Origin: Octopus bimaculoides
Taxonomy: Eukaryota
NCBI RefSeq assembly: GCF_001194135.2
Contig: NC_068985.1
Location: forward strand, 12,055,179 to 12,088,480
Length of the DNA: 33,302 nt
Direction: 5' to 3'
Shown here: positions 12,665 through 23,495 of the stretch, one piece after another
How the letters are laid out: each line of letters starts with the position of its first letter
Position numbering within the stretch: position 1 is the stretch's first letter
Notes under the pieces: generated by a model
What the model was told of the DNA's origin: nothing
The model's database searches: none
What the model saw: only the letters and a program-made list of their open reading frames with translations
Position numbers and translations under genes: made by a program

Positions 12665-12770
12665 TCACTCTCTCTCTCTTCTCCTTTTCTCCCTCTCTCT
12701 CCCTCTCTGTCTGTCTGTCTCTATTACTTTCTATCTATCTATCTATCTATCTATCTATNNNNNNNNNNNN

Positions 12771-12803
<33 letters not shown>

Positions 12804-13076
12804 ATATGTATATATATATATATATATGCATGTATATATGAATGTACCTGCGTAATACACACACACACACACATAAATATATGTGTGTATGTTTGTTTGT
12901 GTTTGCGCGCGTGTGTGTGTGTACATACATATATATTTTGGGAGAAACAGCCAGATCGGTAGATATATAGATAGATACATACATACATACACACATGCAT
13001 ACATACATGCATACATACATACAGACGGTTAGACAGACAGACAGACAGACAGACACATAGAGACAGACATACAGAC

Positions 13077-13112
<36 letters not shown>
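12665..13112. repeat. Compound microsatellite block (CT, TATC, TA, CA, TACA, GACA, GATA)
   Basis: Read directly; source of several spurious ORFs. Confidence 0.95.
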
Positions 13113-13471
13113 GATAGACGGGTGCATGTGTGGGCTTGTACATATGGATTTGTATTCGATATTACAAAAAAGTGGCTGGGTTCGTCCTCGTTGCATCGTA
13201 TTTCTTACGTATTATAATTGCACATCCTATTACCGCCTTTGCTAATAGCATGCTTAAATTCTTCTCCCTGGATGGAGGCAAGATAAATGCAAATTTATCA
13301 CGAGTGGAATTCAGGGCACACATTTTTTTCTTTTTTAATTTATTACCTACCCAACACGTATTCAGTTGAAAGGACACCTATTCTAACGAATAAAATGATG
13401 ATGATGATGACAATGTCAACAAAGGGGTTTACGACGATCACGACCACGAACCTGCCGCTACTGTTACCACC

Positions 13472-13585
<114 letters not shown>

Positions 13586-14077
13586 CAGTATCATCTTTGC
13601 CGACGTTATCATTAGTCAGTGTGTATTTAGTAGCCTTAGTATAGATATCCCATTTCAAACACAGCGCCGGTGAAGGCATGTGATTGACATATGGAAGGGC
13701 TTTCATATACCGTTATGCATCATTGTTCCCACTAACGCCCTTATCTCACGTGCCTCTTGCTCACTGTTTTTTTTTTCTTCTTTATGCATTAATCGTCACG
13801 ACAGTGTGTATACCAACTTGCGCTACCACGATTCCGCTTTAATCCGTATAATATAATTGATAGTGTTATCATCTATGAAAACGAGGTTAAAGATGGGAAA
13901 AAGTAGAACACGAGGCAAAATGCCTATTGACTTTTATTGACGTATGCTTCTTTGCTCTCTTAGTTCAAACCATACTTGAGTTATGTCTATGTTCATTTCA
14001 GATTAATAAAAATACTTAACGGCCATGTAATAATACAGGATCTTAATGCCTGTATGAAATAATATTGACAAATGATA

Positions 14078-14348
14078 GGCGGCGAGCTGGCAGAAACGTT
14101 AGTACCCCGGGCGAACTGCTTACCGGTATTTCGTTTCTCTTTACGTTCTGATTTCCATTTCCACCGAGGTCGACTTTGCCTTTCATCCTTTCGGGGTCGA
14201 GAAATTAAGTACCAGTTGCGCACTGAGTGGATGTAATCGACTTAATCCCTTTGTCNNNNNNNNNNTGAGTGGATGTAATCGACTTAATCCCTTTGTCTGT
14301 CCTTGTTTGTCCCTCTATGTTTAGCCCCTTGTGGGCAATAAAGAAATA
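14078..14348 (+). mobile_element. tRNA-derived SINE, second family
   Basis: GGCGGCGAGCTGGCAGAAACGTTAG head; central GAGGTCGACTTTGCCTTTCATCCTTTCGGGGTCGAGAAATTAAGTACCAG; A-rich end. Homologous to the adjacent copy and to 30175-30340. Confidence 0.85.
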
Positions 14349-14349
14349 T

Positions 14350-14540
14350 GAAACGTTAGTACGCCAGGCAAACTGCTTACCGGTATTTCGTTTGTCATTA
14401 CGTTCTGAGTTCAAATTCCACCGAGGTCCACTTTATCTTTAATCCTTTCGGTGTCGATAAATTAAATACCAGTTGCGTACTGGAGTCTAATTGACCCACC
14501 CACAACATTTCAGGCAATGTTCCTAGAGTAGAAAAGAATA
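14350..14540 (+). mobile_element. Second SINE copy, head-to-tail, slightly 5'-truncated, with a different 3' end
   Basis: GAAACGTTAGTACGCCAGGCAAACTGCTTACCGGTATTTCG... aligns to 14093 onward. Confidence 0.85.
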
Positions 14541-14855
14541 TAGACAAATGATAAAACGAAGAAAAGTTTACGATGGACCATATTTTACCATATCTCTGTC
14601 TCTAGTTCTTCAAATTTTATATTTGAAATTCGTTTATTCCAGAATTTTTTCAGAAGTTACAGAAACAAAAAAAGGAGGTGGGTTAATCTCTTGTTTCTCC
14701 ACTAAAATGTGTGGCCGTTTTTTTCTTTTCTTTTTTTCTGAAGAACCATTACTCAATATCTTCTCGCATTCATCCAATAATACTCTCCCCAAATGCTATA
14801 GGTTGCTAATACGTTATTAGATTTCTCAAAACATAGTAACATTAATACCGTTTTT

Positions 14856-14933
14856 AACGGTATTTATCTTACCAAGATCAGCTTAGGGCAACACAACGGT
14901 ATTTATGTTACCAGGATCAGCATAGGGCAACGC
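14856..14933. repeat. 39-bp tandem duplication (35/39 identical)
   Basis: AACGGTATTTATCTTACCAAGATCAGCTTAGGGCAACAC versus AACGGTATTTATGTTACCAGGATCAGCATAGGGCAACGC. Confidence 0.9.
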
Positions 14934-15084
14934 AATGATTGATGACAACAGCACTTTTCACTCGAGCTTTTCTTATGTTATATAGTATTCTTTTATCCAA
15001 GATATTTACGATATAACATGAGGAATGAGGCTAGCAGCTAAATTTAACAAATCAAGCAACACAATAGAATGTGTTTCGATTATT

Positions 15085-15277
15085 TTAAAGTAATTACTAG
15101 TCAAATACGTTGCTAAGCTTAGTCCTTTATTCTCTCTCCTTGTTTCTTTCTGTGGAAGAGCGTAGGCTCGAAACGTTAAGGACTTTTTCACTTCCCGAGC
15201 GTTAAACTAATACATCTGTTCGTTATGTACACCACCTGTGTTCGTCTTGTGTTTTTTGGTGAATTCTCCCCCTATAT
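15085..15277 (+). mobile_element. Short Penelope-like repeat (pLTR-type) with a hammerhead motif, ending at (TA)n
   Basis: Homologous to the minus-strand copy at 16178-16350 (shared CCGAGCGTTAAACTAATA and CACCACC). Contains the hammerhead motif. Left boundary approximate. Confidence 0.6.
15145..15182 (+). ncRNA. Candidate minimal type I hammerhead ribozyme (core variant CUGUGGA)
   Basis: Stem I TCTTT/AAGGA (5 bp, 1 GU); core CTGTGGA plus an extra A; stem II GAGC-GTAG-GCTC; GAAA; self-complementary ACGT helix III; putative GUU cleavage triplet ending at 15177. Position 6 is U instead of A. Confidence 0.5.
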
Positions 15278-15971
15278 ANNNNNNNNNNNNNNNNNNNNNN
15301 NNNNNNNNNNNNNNNNNNNNNNNNNNNNNNNNNNNNNNNNNNNNNNNNNNNNNNNNNNNNNNNNNNNNNNNNNNNNNNNNNNNNNNNNNNNNNNNNNNNN
15401 NNNNNNNNNNNNNNNNNNNNNNNNNNNNNNNNNNNNNNNNNNNNNNNNNNNNNNNNNNNNNNNNNNNNNNNNNNNNNNNNNNNNNNNNNNNNNNNNNNNN
15501 NNNNNNNNNNNNNNNNNNNNNNNNNNNNNNNNNNNNNNNNNNNNNNNNNNNNNNNNNNNNNNNNNNNNNNNNNNNNNNNNNNNNNNNNNNNNNNNNNNNN
15601 NNNNNNNNNNNNNNNNNNNNNNNNNNNNNNNNNNNNNNNNNNNNNNNNNNNNNNNNNNNNNNNNNNNNNNNNNNNNNNNNNNNNNNNNNNNNNNNNNNNN
15701 NNNNNNNNNNNNNNNNNNNNNNNNNNNNNNNNNNNNNNNNNNNNNNNNNNNNNNNNNNNNNNNNNNNNNNNNNNNNNNNNNNNNNNNNNNNNNNNNNNNN
15801 NNNNNNNNNNNNNNNNNNNNNNNNNNNNNNNNNNNNNNNNNNNNNNNNNNNNNNNNNNNNNNNNNNNNNNNNNNNNNNNNNNNNNNNNNNNNNNNNNNNN
15901 NNNNTACATACATAGATACATACATATATACACACATGTGTGTGTATGTATATGTATATATATACATATAT

Positions 15972-16165
15972 TATTCTTTTATTCATTTGATAGTTTCAAT
16001 GATTTGACTGCCGCCTTGCTGGAGCACCACCTAAAATCGAACAGATCGACCCCACCACTTATTCTATCGGGCACTGTTGCCGAACTGCTAAGTTAGGGAG
16101 ACGTGAACACATCTACATCGGTTGTAAAGCAACGGTGGGTGGAAAACACAGACACACAAATACAC
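15972..16165 (-). mobile_element. SINE 3' half (same family as 6260-6741)
   Basis: Minus strand ...CTTAGCAGTTCGGCAACAG..GATAGAATAAG..GGTCGATCTGTTCGA..AGGTGGTGCTCCAGCAAGGCGGCAGTCAAAT..GAATAAAAGAATA aligns to 6540-6741. Confidence 0.85.
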
Positions 16166-16177
16166 ACAAACACACAT

Positions 16178-16190
16178 AGAATTGGAATTT

Positions 16191-16222
<32 letters not shown>

Positions 16223-16350
16223 CAAAAGTCGAAAACGGTGGTGCAAACAACAAATAGGTATATTAGTTTAACGCTCGGTAATGTGAGAAAGCATTTTACG
16301 TTTCGTGCCTATTCTCTTCAACAGAAAGTAACACGCAAAAAAAAACAGAG
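16178..16350 (-). mobile_element. Second copy of the Penelope-like repeat, with a decayed hammerhead motif at 16294-16327
   Basis: Minus strand TTT-CTGTTGA-A-GAGA-ATAG-GCAC-GAAAC-GT-A-AAA; downstream sequence aligns to 15181-15275. Confidence 0.6.
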
Positions 16351-16419
16351 TGCAAAAAAAAGTGTTTAGTGGGTAACTATCAATCAGTGGTTCGGCAAAA
16401 AGGTGAAAACATGCAATGT

Positions 16420-16587
16420 TAATTCTCTAAATGAAGTATTAACAGTAACTGGAGGAGGAGCTGGAGGAGATGTCCTCCTGGGGCTAAAAGCAACAGTAAC
16501 ATCCACCCATAGGCGTCAGCCACACTTAAGTGGCAATATACTTCAATTTATCGTGCAGTTACTGTTAATACTTCATTTAGAGAATTA
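16420..16587. repeat. Perfect 32-bp inverted repeat with a 104-bp spacer; right arm ends at a gap
   Basis: 16420-16451 TAATTCTCTAAATGAAGTATTAACAGTAACTG is the exact reverse complement of 16556-16587. Confidence 0.9.
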
Positions 16588-16977
16588 NNNNNNNNNNNNN
16601 NNNNNNNNNNNNNNNNNNNNNNNNNNNNNNNNNNNNNNNNNNNNNNNNNNNNNNNNNNNNNNNNNNNNNNNNNNNNNNNNNNNNNNNNNNNNNNNNNNNN
16701 NNNNNNNNNNNNNNNNNNNNNNNNNNNNNNNNNNNNNNNNNNNNNNNNNNNNNNNNNNNNNNNNNNNNNNNNNNNNNNNNNNNNNNNNNNNNNNNNNNNN
16801 NNNNNNNNNNNNNNNNNNNNNNNNNNNNNNNNNNNNNNNNNNNNNNNNNNNNNNNNNNNNNNNNNNNNNNNNNNNNNNNNNNNNNNNNNNNNNNNNNNNN
16901 NNNNNNNNNNNNNNNNNNNNNNNNNNNNNNNNNNNNNNNNNNNNNNNNNNNNNNNNNNNNATATATATATATATATA

Positions 16978-17141
16978 CGACGGGCTTCTTTCAGTTCCCG
17001 TCTACTAAATCCACTCAGAAGGCTTTGGTCAGCCTTAGGCTATAGTAAAACACACTTGCTCAAGGTGCCACGCAGTGGGACTTAACTGGGAACCATGTGA
17101 TTGGTAAGCATGCTACTTACTACACACTCACTCCTGCGCCT
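16978..17141 (-). mobile_element. SINE 5' half (same family as 6260-6741)
   Basis: Minus strand AGGCGCAGGAGTG...GTAAGTAGCATGCTTACC...CCCACTGCGTGGCACCTTGAGCAAGTG...GGAACTGAAAGAAGCCCGTCG, followed by (TA)n. Confidence 0.88.
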
Positions 17142-17163
17142 TGCAAACAATAAATAAAAAATG

Positions 17164-18015
17164 ATAGTGTACAGTTGTTGGTTCAGCATCCTGGCCTGGA
17201 AAGTTGTACATCACCTCTCTCTTTCTCTCACTAACCAGTCTCTCTCTTCTTTATTATTACTCCCATTGCCAGCATCAACAGTACTACATTAGAAATAACA
17301 TCATGAACCCTCTCAAAATTTCCTTGTCTCTCTATACGTGAGATCCCTGTTCATCATGATGAAGGGGTTATTGCCGAGATGGATCTTAACTCGTCTTCGA
17401 ATCATGGCAGTGAGCTCCCGGAAACGCCATAGATGTGTTTGATTTGATTTTGTGGAACTCTCTTACGCTCCTGGATTGAACCTACCATGTTTTTTTATGA
17501 AATGAACATTTTTGACATGTTTTTTGTTTGAGGGGAGTAAGAAAATCTTTTTAGTCGATTGATATTTTATTTTATTCAGATTTTTAGTCGAAAGACACGC
17601 TTTAGACTTTTTAGTGGATTGTATATACCTTTTTGATAGACTATTCTATATATCTGTATTTTTATTTGCGTATATATTTTTTTACCTTTCGTTTTTTTTT
17701 TAAATATATGTATATATGTATTTTTTTTTATATGTTAAAGGCCATGGTAATATTTATATATGATCAAAATGTTTGGAAGCGTGGTGTTATATAAAGTCGT
17801 TGACTCGAATTTGATGTTCTTTCTCGGATCAATGTTTACATATTCATGTGTGTGTGTGTGTGTGTGTGTTTATTTGTATGTATATATGTACGTAATAAAG
17901 AAAGCAAAAAATAAAAAAAACAAAAATAGTGTCTAATAGTCGGCTCAATATGCTGGCCACAGGAATTTCTGTCTAAGAAAGTTGTACATCATCTCCCTCT
18001 ATTTCACACATACCC

Positions 18016-18098
<83 letters not shown>

Positions 18099-18170
18099 AT
18101 TACTACCATTGCAACCATCAATACTACTACTTTTAATAAAACATCATGAACGCTCCTTAAATTTCTTTGT
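17164..18170. repeat. Diverged local direct duplication (17164-17330 versus 17926-18170, the second copy with an expanded (CT)n)
   Basis: Shared blocks in the same order: GAAAGTTGTACATCA; TTATTATTACT.CCATTGC.A.CATCAA; AACATCATGAAC.CTC..AAATTTC.TTGT. Confidence 0.75.
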
Positions 18171-19638
18171 TTCTCTTTTTCTCCCTCTCTTTCTCTTTAT
18201 CTCTCTATCTATCTCTCTCTCTTGGCNNNNNNNNNNNNNNNNNNNNNNNNNNNNNNNNNNNNNNNNNNNNNNNNNNNNNNNNNNNNNNNNNNNNNNNNNN
18301 NNNNNNNNNNNNNNNNNNNNNNNNNNNNNNNNNNNNNNNNNNNNNNNNNNNNNNNNNNNNNNNNNNNNNNNNNNNNNNNNNNNNNNNNNNNNNNNNNNNN
18401 NNNNNNNNNNNNNNNNNNNNNNNNNNNNNNNNNNNNNNNNNNNNNNNNNNNNNNNNNNNNNNNNNNNNNNNNNNNNNNNNNNNNNNNNNNNNNNNNNNNN
18501 NNNNNNNNNNNNNNNNNNNNNNNNNNNNNNNNNNNNNNNNNNNNNNNNNNNNNNNNNNNNNNNNNNNNNNNNNNNNNNNNNNNNNNNNNNNNNNNNNNNN
18601 NNNNNNNNNNNNNNNNNNNNNNNNNNNNNNNNNNNNNNNNNNNNNNNNNNNNNNNNNNNNNNNNNNNNNNNNNNNNNNNNNNNNNATATATATATATATA
18701 TATATATACAGAGAGAGGGGGGGCAAATAAATAGATAGACAGATAGATATACGTATATGATTACATAAGAGAGATTACGATTGAGTCAGTGAGTGAAAGT
18801 GTAACACATATGGCGTCACCTATTGATTTTGGACTCGTGTAAGAATACAGATAATTTTCGTAGACATGATTCTGTAGGTGTGCAGTATGTGAATGACGCA
18901 TAAGATCAGAAACACAAACACGTATACACAGAGGCACACATACATACACACAGATTTATTGCATCTTGCAGATGTAATTCTCTTATCTGGCACATTGATT
19001 CCCGTGAGTATGATCTAAATCCTCAGATATCTGAAGATTATTTGATATGTGACCTGCATGAAAAATGAATAATAAACTCGGCTTTCTTTCTTCTCCACTT
19101 CTACGTCAGCATTTATGTATCGCTACCAGCGCAGGTGTCTTTGCAGTCTATAACACGTAGCCTCCTTTTCGCCCTAGAACAGACCTTTATAATTTAGTTA
19201 TTGAGAATTTCGATTTGTGATGCACTTACTTAATCTCAACAGGAATTTCTGATGAAGCTAAAGGGGATTCTTTTTAGCTAAAGAACAAAGTTTTCGCATC
19301 GGGAATTTTGTGTAAGAGTTATCCCATGTTCATCGATGGAGATTGTACTATATTTAAGCCTTAGAGTAGGATACAAGAGCGAGAGAGATGTTGAACTGGA
19401 TCAAAATGTAGATGATCGAGAAACGTTCCCTCTTACAGAGGTTTTCACTGTCATTTCCGGCGCTATAACATAAGGAGCAGTCGAGTACTATTCGAACATG
19501 AGATACAACTCTTTCCCCTCAATGTAACCCCAAAACTGTCTGGCAGGATTAAGTGCGTCCCGTAATGAAAAGACTATTACATTCTACGTTCAGAGATTTC
19601 ATCTACGTTTCGATAAAATAGCCAATATGATTCCGTCG

Positions 19639-19822
19639 TACCTGTATTTCTAAGGGCCAGCCTTGTTACACTCTGTGGTACGCTGAATCTCCCCGAAAAC
19701 TACGTTAAAATTTACATGTGTCTGTGGAGTGATCAGCCACTTGCACGTTAATTTAACCAGCAGGCTGTTCAGTTGATCGGATCAACTGGAACCCTCGTCT
19801 TCGTCCCCGATGAAGTGCCACA
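19639..19822 (+). mobile_element. Interspersed repeat (SINE-like), copy 1
   Basis: Aligns over about 180 bp to the reverse complement of 22011-22193. Confidence 0.8.
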
Positions 19823-19874
19823 ATGCATAAATATATATATAAAGAGAGAGACACAGAGAGAGAGAGAGAGAGAC

Positions 19875-19905
<31 letters not shown>

Positions 19906-19921
19906 AAGAGCGAGAGAGAGA

Positions 19922-20138
19922 CGAGAGGTTCTGAAAAGTTCATTGCTCTGGGTAAAAGAAAATTGTGGAGGATCAGTTAATTATGATTTTATTTCATCAT
20001 ATTCTCCTCACAGATTCACACACTTATTTCAGCGGCCCTCATTCTTTCTCACTCATTTAAAAGACCTCGGAAGGTTGGGCCTCCATCCAGTCCTTTGGCG
20101 ACATCCTGAAAGCCTGGAACATTACAACACCCCTCGTA
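19922..20138. mobile_element. Short Tc1/mariner-type non-autonomous element
   Basis: Left end CGAGAGGTTCTGAAAAGTTC; right end reverse-complemented TA-CGAGGGGTGTTGTAATGTTC. Imperfect TIRs; TA at the right end, left TA absent within a (GA)n tract. Confidence 0.55.
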
Positions 20139-20150
20139 CATATATGTATA

Positions 20151-20562
20151 AATAATTAAGGGTACGAACCGGCAGTACCTGCGTGCTAATATAGCAGTCA
20201 AAATGACCAAACCGCAGGTTTTCACTTAATCACGAAGGTGAAAGCAGGAAAATGAACGAAAACCCTAAGACCTCGTATCAATGACGAAAATAATCGAGAA
20301 CTTTGAGAAATACCCTGAGACTTACTGACCCCTGGGTGGTAGAATTTGTTCATTTCAACCTAAGTGTGCAATGACCGGTTTAATGCCGCAGCAAATTTAG
20401 ACAGTTGAGCAACGAAATAAAGATTATATAAATATATATGAGGATATTGTTTATAATAATATCAGTGACTTAGCATGTGTAAAAAAAACCCCATAAAGGT
20501 AAGAATTATCAATGAATAATTAAGGGTACATACAGCAGTACCGGCATGCTAATATAGCAGTC
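20151..20562. repeat. Two 48-49-bp direct repeats 364 bp apart (43/49 identical)
   Basis: 20151-20199 versus 20515-20562, AATAATTAAGGGTAC...GCAGTACC.GC.TGCTAATATAGCAGTC. Confidence 0.8.
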
Positions 20563-20597
20563 TTACATTGGATAAAATATCTATCTATCTATCTATC

Positions 20598-20630
<33 letters not shown>

Positions 20631-22010
20631 ATTTTATGTATGAACGTGCATATATATATATGTGTGTGTGTGTTTGTATGTGGGGGTGTGTGAAAGAGCG
20701 TAAGGTCGAAACGGAAAAGACCTCTCCGTTCCCCCTGAGCGTCAATCCGATACACTTGCTTGTTCTTCCTGTACCTGTCTTTGTCTTTGCTTTTCTACGA
20801 ATTTGAACTATAGGAAGAGAGAGAGAGGGGGAGAGAAGGGGAGAGAGAGGGGGAGAGGGGGAGAGGGGAGAGAGAAATAAATAGAAGGATAAATAGATAG
20901 ATAGACAGATAAATCGACACATATAAATACGTGTGTGTGTGTGTGTGTGTGTAAGTATATGCAAGTCTATATGTGTAAATATACGTATGTTTTATGTATA
21001 TGTATAGATGTCTCACTGCATTTGCTCATATACTTTGAGCCAAATGGTCGATTCTACCCCGTGTCTTGAAAGTTGAAATACTTAGATTTTAACAAACCCC
21101 ACCCACCTACAAATGTGTGTGCACGCGTGTGTGTGTATGCGTGTATCTACGTATGCATGCACGCGCATACATAGATGCTTATTAATATCATTATTACACT
21201 TATCTTCATTTATATTTTTATTCATATGGTTCCCTCTCTCGCACGCGACACCTGTTATTAGTTATAGTAACGAATAAAATGAGAATAAAACGGGAATTGT
21301 AAAAGAAAGGCGCCATTTTCTTAGTGAATAACCATCTCGGCTCATCTGTCAGACGTCAGTTTCTGCAGGGAACAAACACAAGTGAAGAATGTTAAAATTC
21401 TAGGTCGAGCATTCTTCGGAATTTAACTGTCGACTTCGCTGGTGCTATGGAGACAAGACATGAAAGGGAGTAAGAGAGGAAGATGAAGAAAGAGAAAGAG
21501 TGAGTGACAGTGAGTGGCAGAGAGACTGATATGTTGAACGTGGAAAAAGAGATACAAATATGTGTAGGGAGAGATGCAAATAATGAAAGAAATTTTGTGT
21601 TCGTACGTAGTAGAACTTCAGAGAAAATTTTGTAAGAGAATCCGAGTGGAAAAAAAAAAAAGAAAATTTCAAGAATGGTGTTTGGCATATGAATCACAAA
21701 ATGGGAGCTGTTAAAGACTAAAAAAGAATAAAAATATACAAAGTAGGTAAAAATACAACGATGAAATATTCATATAGTCAAACTGGAATATATTAAATAT
21801 CTTTATCCTTTCCAACGTCCGTTTACTGCTTAGTTTAAAAATATTCAATTGTGTGATGAACGTATAGCATATGGGCTTTTTTTTTGTTTGAAATTTCAAA
21901 TATTTTGCAGCTTACATGTATAATCTTTTTCTTAATTAAAAAGTATTAACGAATGCCATCCATGTATCATAAAACGATTAAACTTGTCAAAGCAATATCT
22001 TACATATATG

Positions 22011-22193
22011 TGACACTCCGTCGGTTACGACGACGCGGGTTCAGTTGATCCAATCAACGGAACAACCTGCTCGTGAAATTAACATGCAAGCGGCTGAGCA
22101 CTCCACAGACACGCGTACCTATAACGTATTTCTCGGTGGGGAGATTCAGCGTGACACAGAGCGTGACAAAGCTGGCCCTTTGAAATACAGGTA
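22011..22193 (-). mobile_element. Interspersed repeat (SINE-like), copy 2, abutting the truncated end of Dong piece D
   Basis: Reverse complement of 19639-19822. Confidence 0.8.
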
Positions 22194-23387
22194 TATCAGC
22201 ATTGATTCCTTTTCTCTTCACCCTATACTTTCTTTGTAGCTCAACATATTTCTCTCCCTGAACTTCATTTTTCTTTTTCCGTTCCAGAATATTAATATGC
22301 TTTCTGGACTCGTTAATAAACTGCGTTATTCTACTTTTCAACCGTGGTTCCTTCATCGTTGACATTTACCTTTGGCTTTCAATCTTAACTTTTTTGGCTA
22401 TAAATATCGAGATTGCATTTATTACATATTTGATGTCTGTGATGCCAGTCCTGATATCATTAGTGATATCATTTATCATTCTCACCCATTCATTGAGTCT
22501 ATTATATTAAACCTCGTTTGAAAGCCCTGCTCACTAGAGGTCCAAATATCAATGATTTCATTAAAAATGGGTATCTGTTCATTGGTTCTCTCATCGCTTT
22601 CCTGATCAAATGTCTCAGCCTCATGCTCATTTTCTTCCTTTAACTCCACTGCCGTAGTTTTACTATCTGTATTCTCACCCTCATCCTTCCGTTCGTCGCT
22701 GGTCTTACTATCACCATGTACCCGTTTGTTAAAGCTTTCTAGTTCAACTGGAGATAACCATTCATTCTTTCTGATGGCTCTGACTTGGTCACACAGATTT
22801 TGTTTACTTAATTCAAAATAGGCCTCTGTCTTTCCATGCCACGTGCATCCTATATCCCCTAGCGAGTATTACATTGTCGTTTCTCGGACTACCCAGAAAG
22901 TAGCACTCCATTAGAGACACATTCATTTCTTTCGTCCACCTTCTTTTAGCAGTTGCTTGATGACGGCTGGGCATACGGTGTTCAACCGTGGATCACCCGC
23001 CGGGCGAGAGGCCTTCACAAGGTGTTCCAGTCCCATTCACGCCGTTATCGTCCCTATTTTTATTTCATATTTCAGAACTCATGATGAGGGTTAGTGAATT
23101 TTATGCTACACAACCACCAGAACTTTTTTTTCTTGTGACGTCATCACTGACAGGATCTCCACCCTAGGATATAAGATTCTTGTAATCCCAGTTTAATTTT
23201 TGATGTCTCCGTCTTCAAGAAGGAAGGGCTTTTCAAGCGTCATGATTGCTTCTGCTTAAGAATATGCTAATTTGGTGGCTGTGGCCTCGTTTTTCTTCCT
23301 CTACGATGTCAAACAAGCAAGAAACATACAGCCTCCTCACAGAGCAAGCTCAGCGGGGTTCCCGGTTTAGTCGCCGACATTTCGATC
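22194..23387 (-). mobile_element. R4/Dong-type element, 5' portion (putative 5' UTR plus N-terminal ORF), piece D
   Basis: Putative ATG at 23082; RRWTKEMNVSLMECYFLGSP..RGYRMHVAWKDRGLF; QNLCDQVRAIRKNEWLSPVELE; KEPRLKSRITQFINESRKHINILERK..LQRKYRVKRKGI, which I recognise as the R4/Dong N-terminal region. The 5' end abuts (TAA)n. Confidence 0.72.
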
Positions 23388-23413
23388 ATTATTATAATTA
23401 TTATTATTATTAT

Positions 23414-23459
<46 letters not shown>

Positions 23460-23464
23460 CATCG

Positions 23465-23495
<31 letters not shown>

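Noticed and set aside
14224-14297. 32-bp exact direct repeat inside the SINE
   Set aside because: The copies flank a 10-N gap, so this is an unmerged contig overlap.
18972-19003. Plus-strand micro-exon candidate (D)VILLSGTLIP, resembling helicase motif III (VILxSGTLxP)
   Set aside because: Only 10 codons and no other helicase motif in the window; consistent with chance.
19249-19290. Perfect hammerhead core CTGATGA followed by a 10-bp stem
   Set aside because: The stem is followed by AAAG rather than GAAA (no catalytic G12), and no stem I pairing can be drawn.
14856-20562. CRISPR-like repeat/spacer arrays
   Set aside because: Only two-copy direct repeats, no regular spacers and no cas genes, in a eukaryotic context.
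23090-23387. Possible HDV-like ribozyme in the 5' UTR of Dong piece D, since such ribozymes are known at the 5' ends of R2/R4-type elements
   Set aside because: I found a GGCTGT/ACAGCC pairing but could not fit P3/L3 or J4/2. A descriptor search on the family consensus would be needed.
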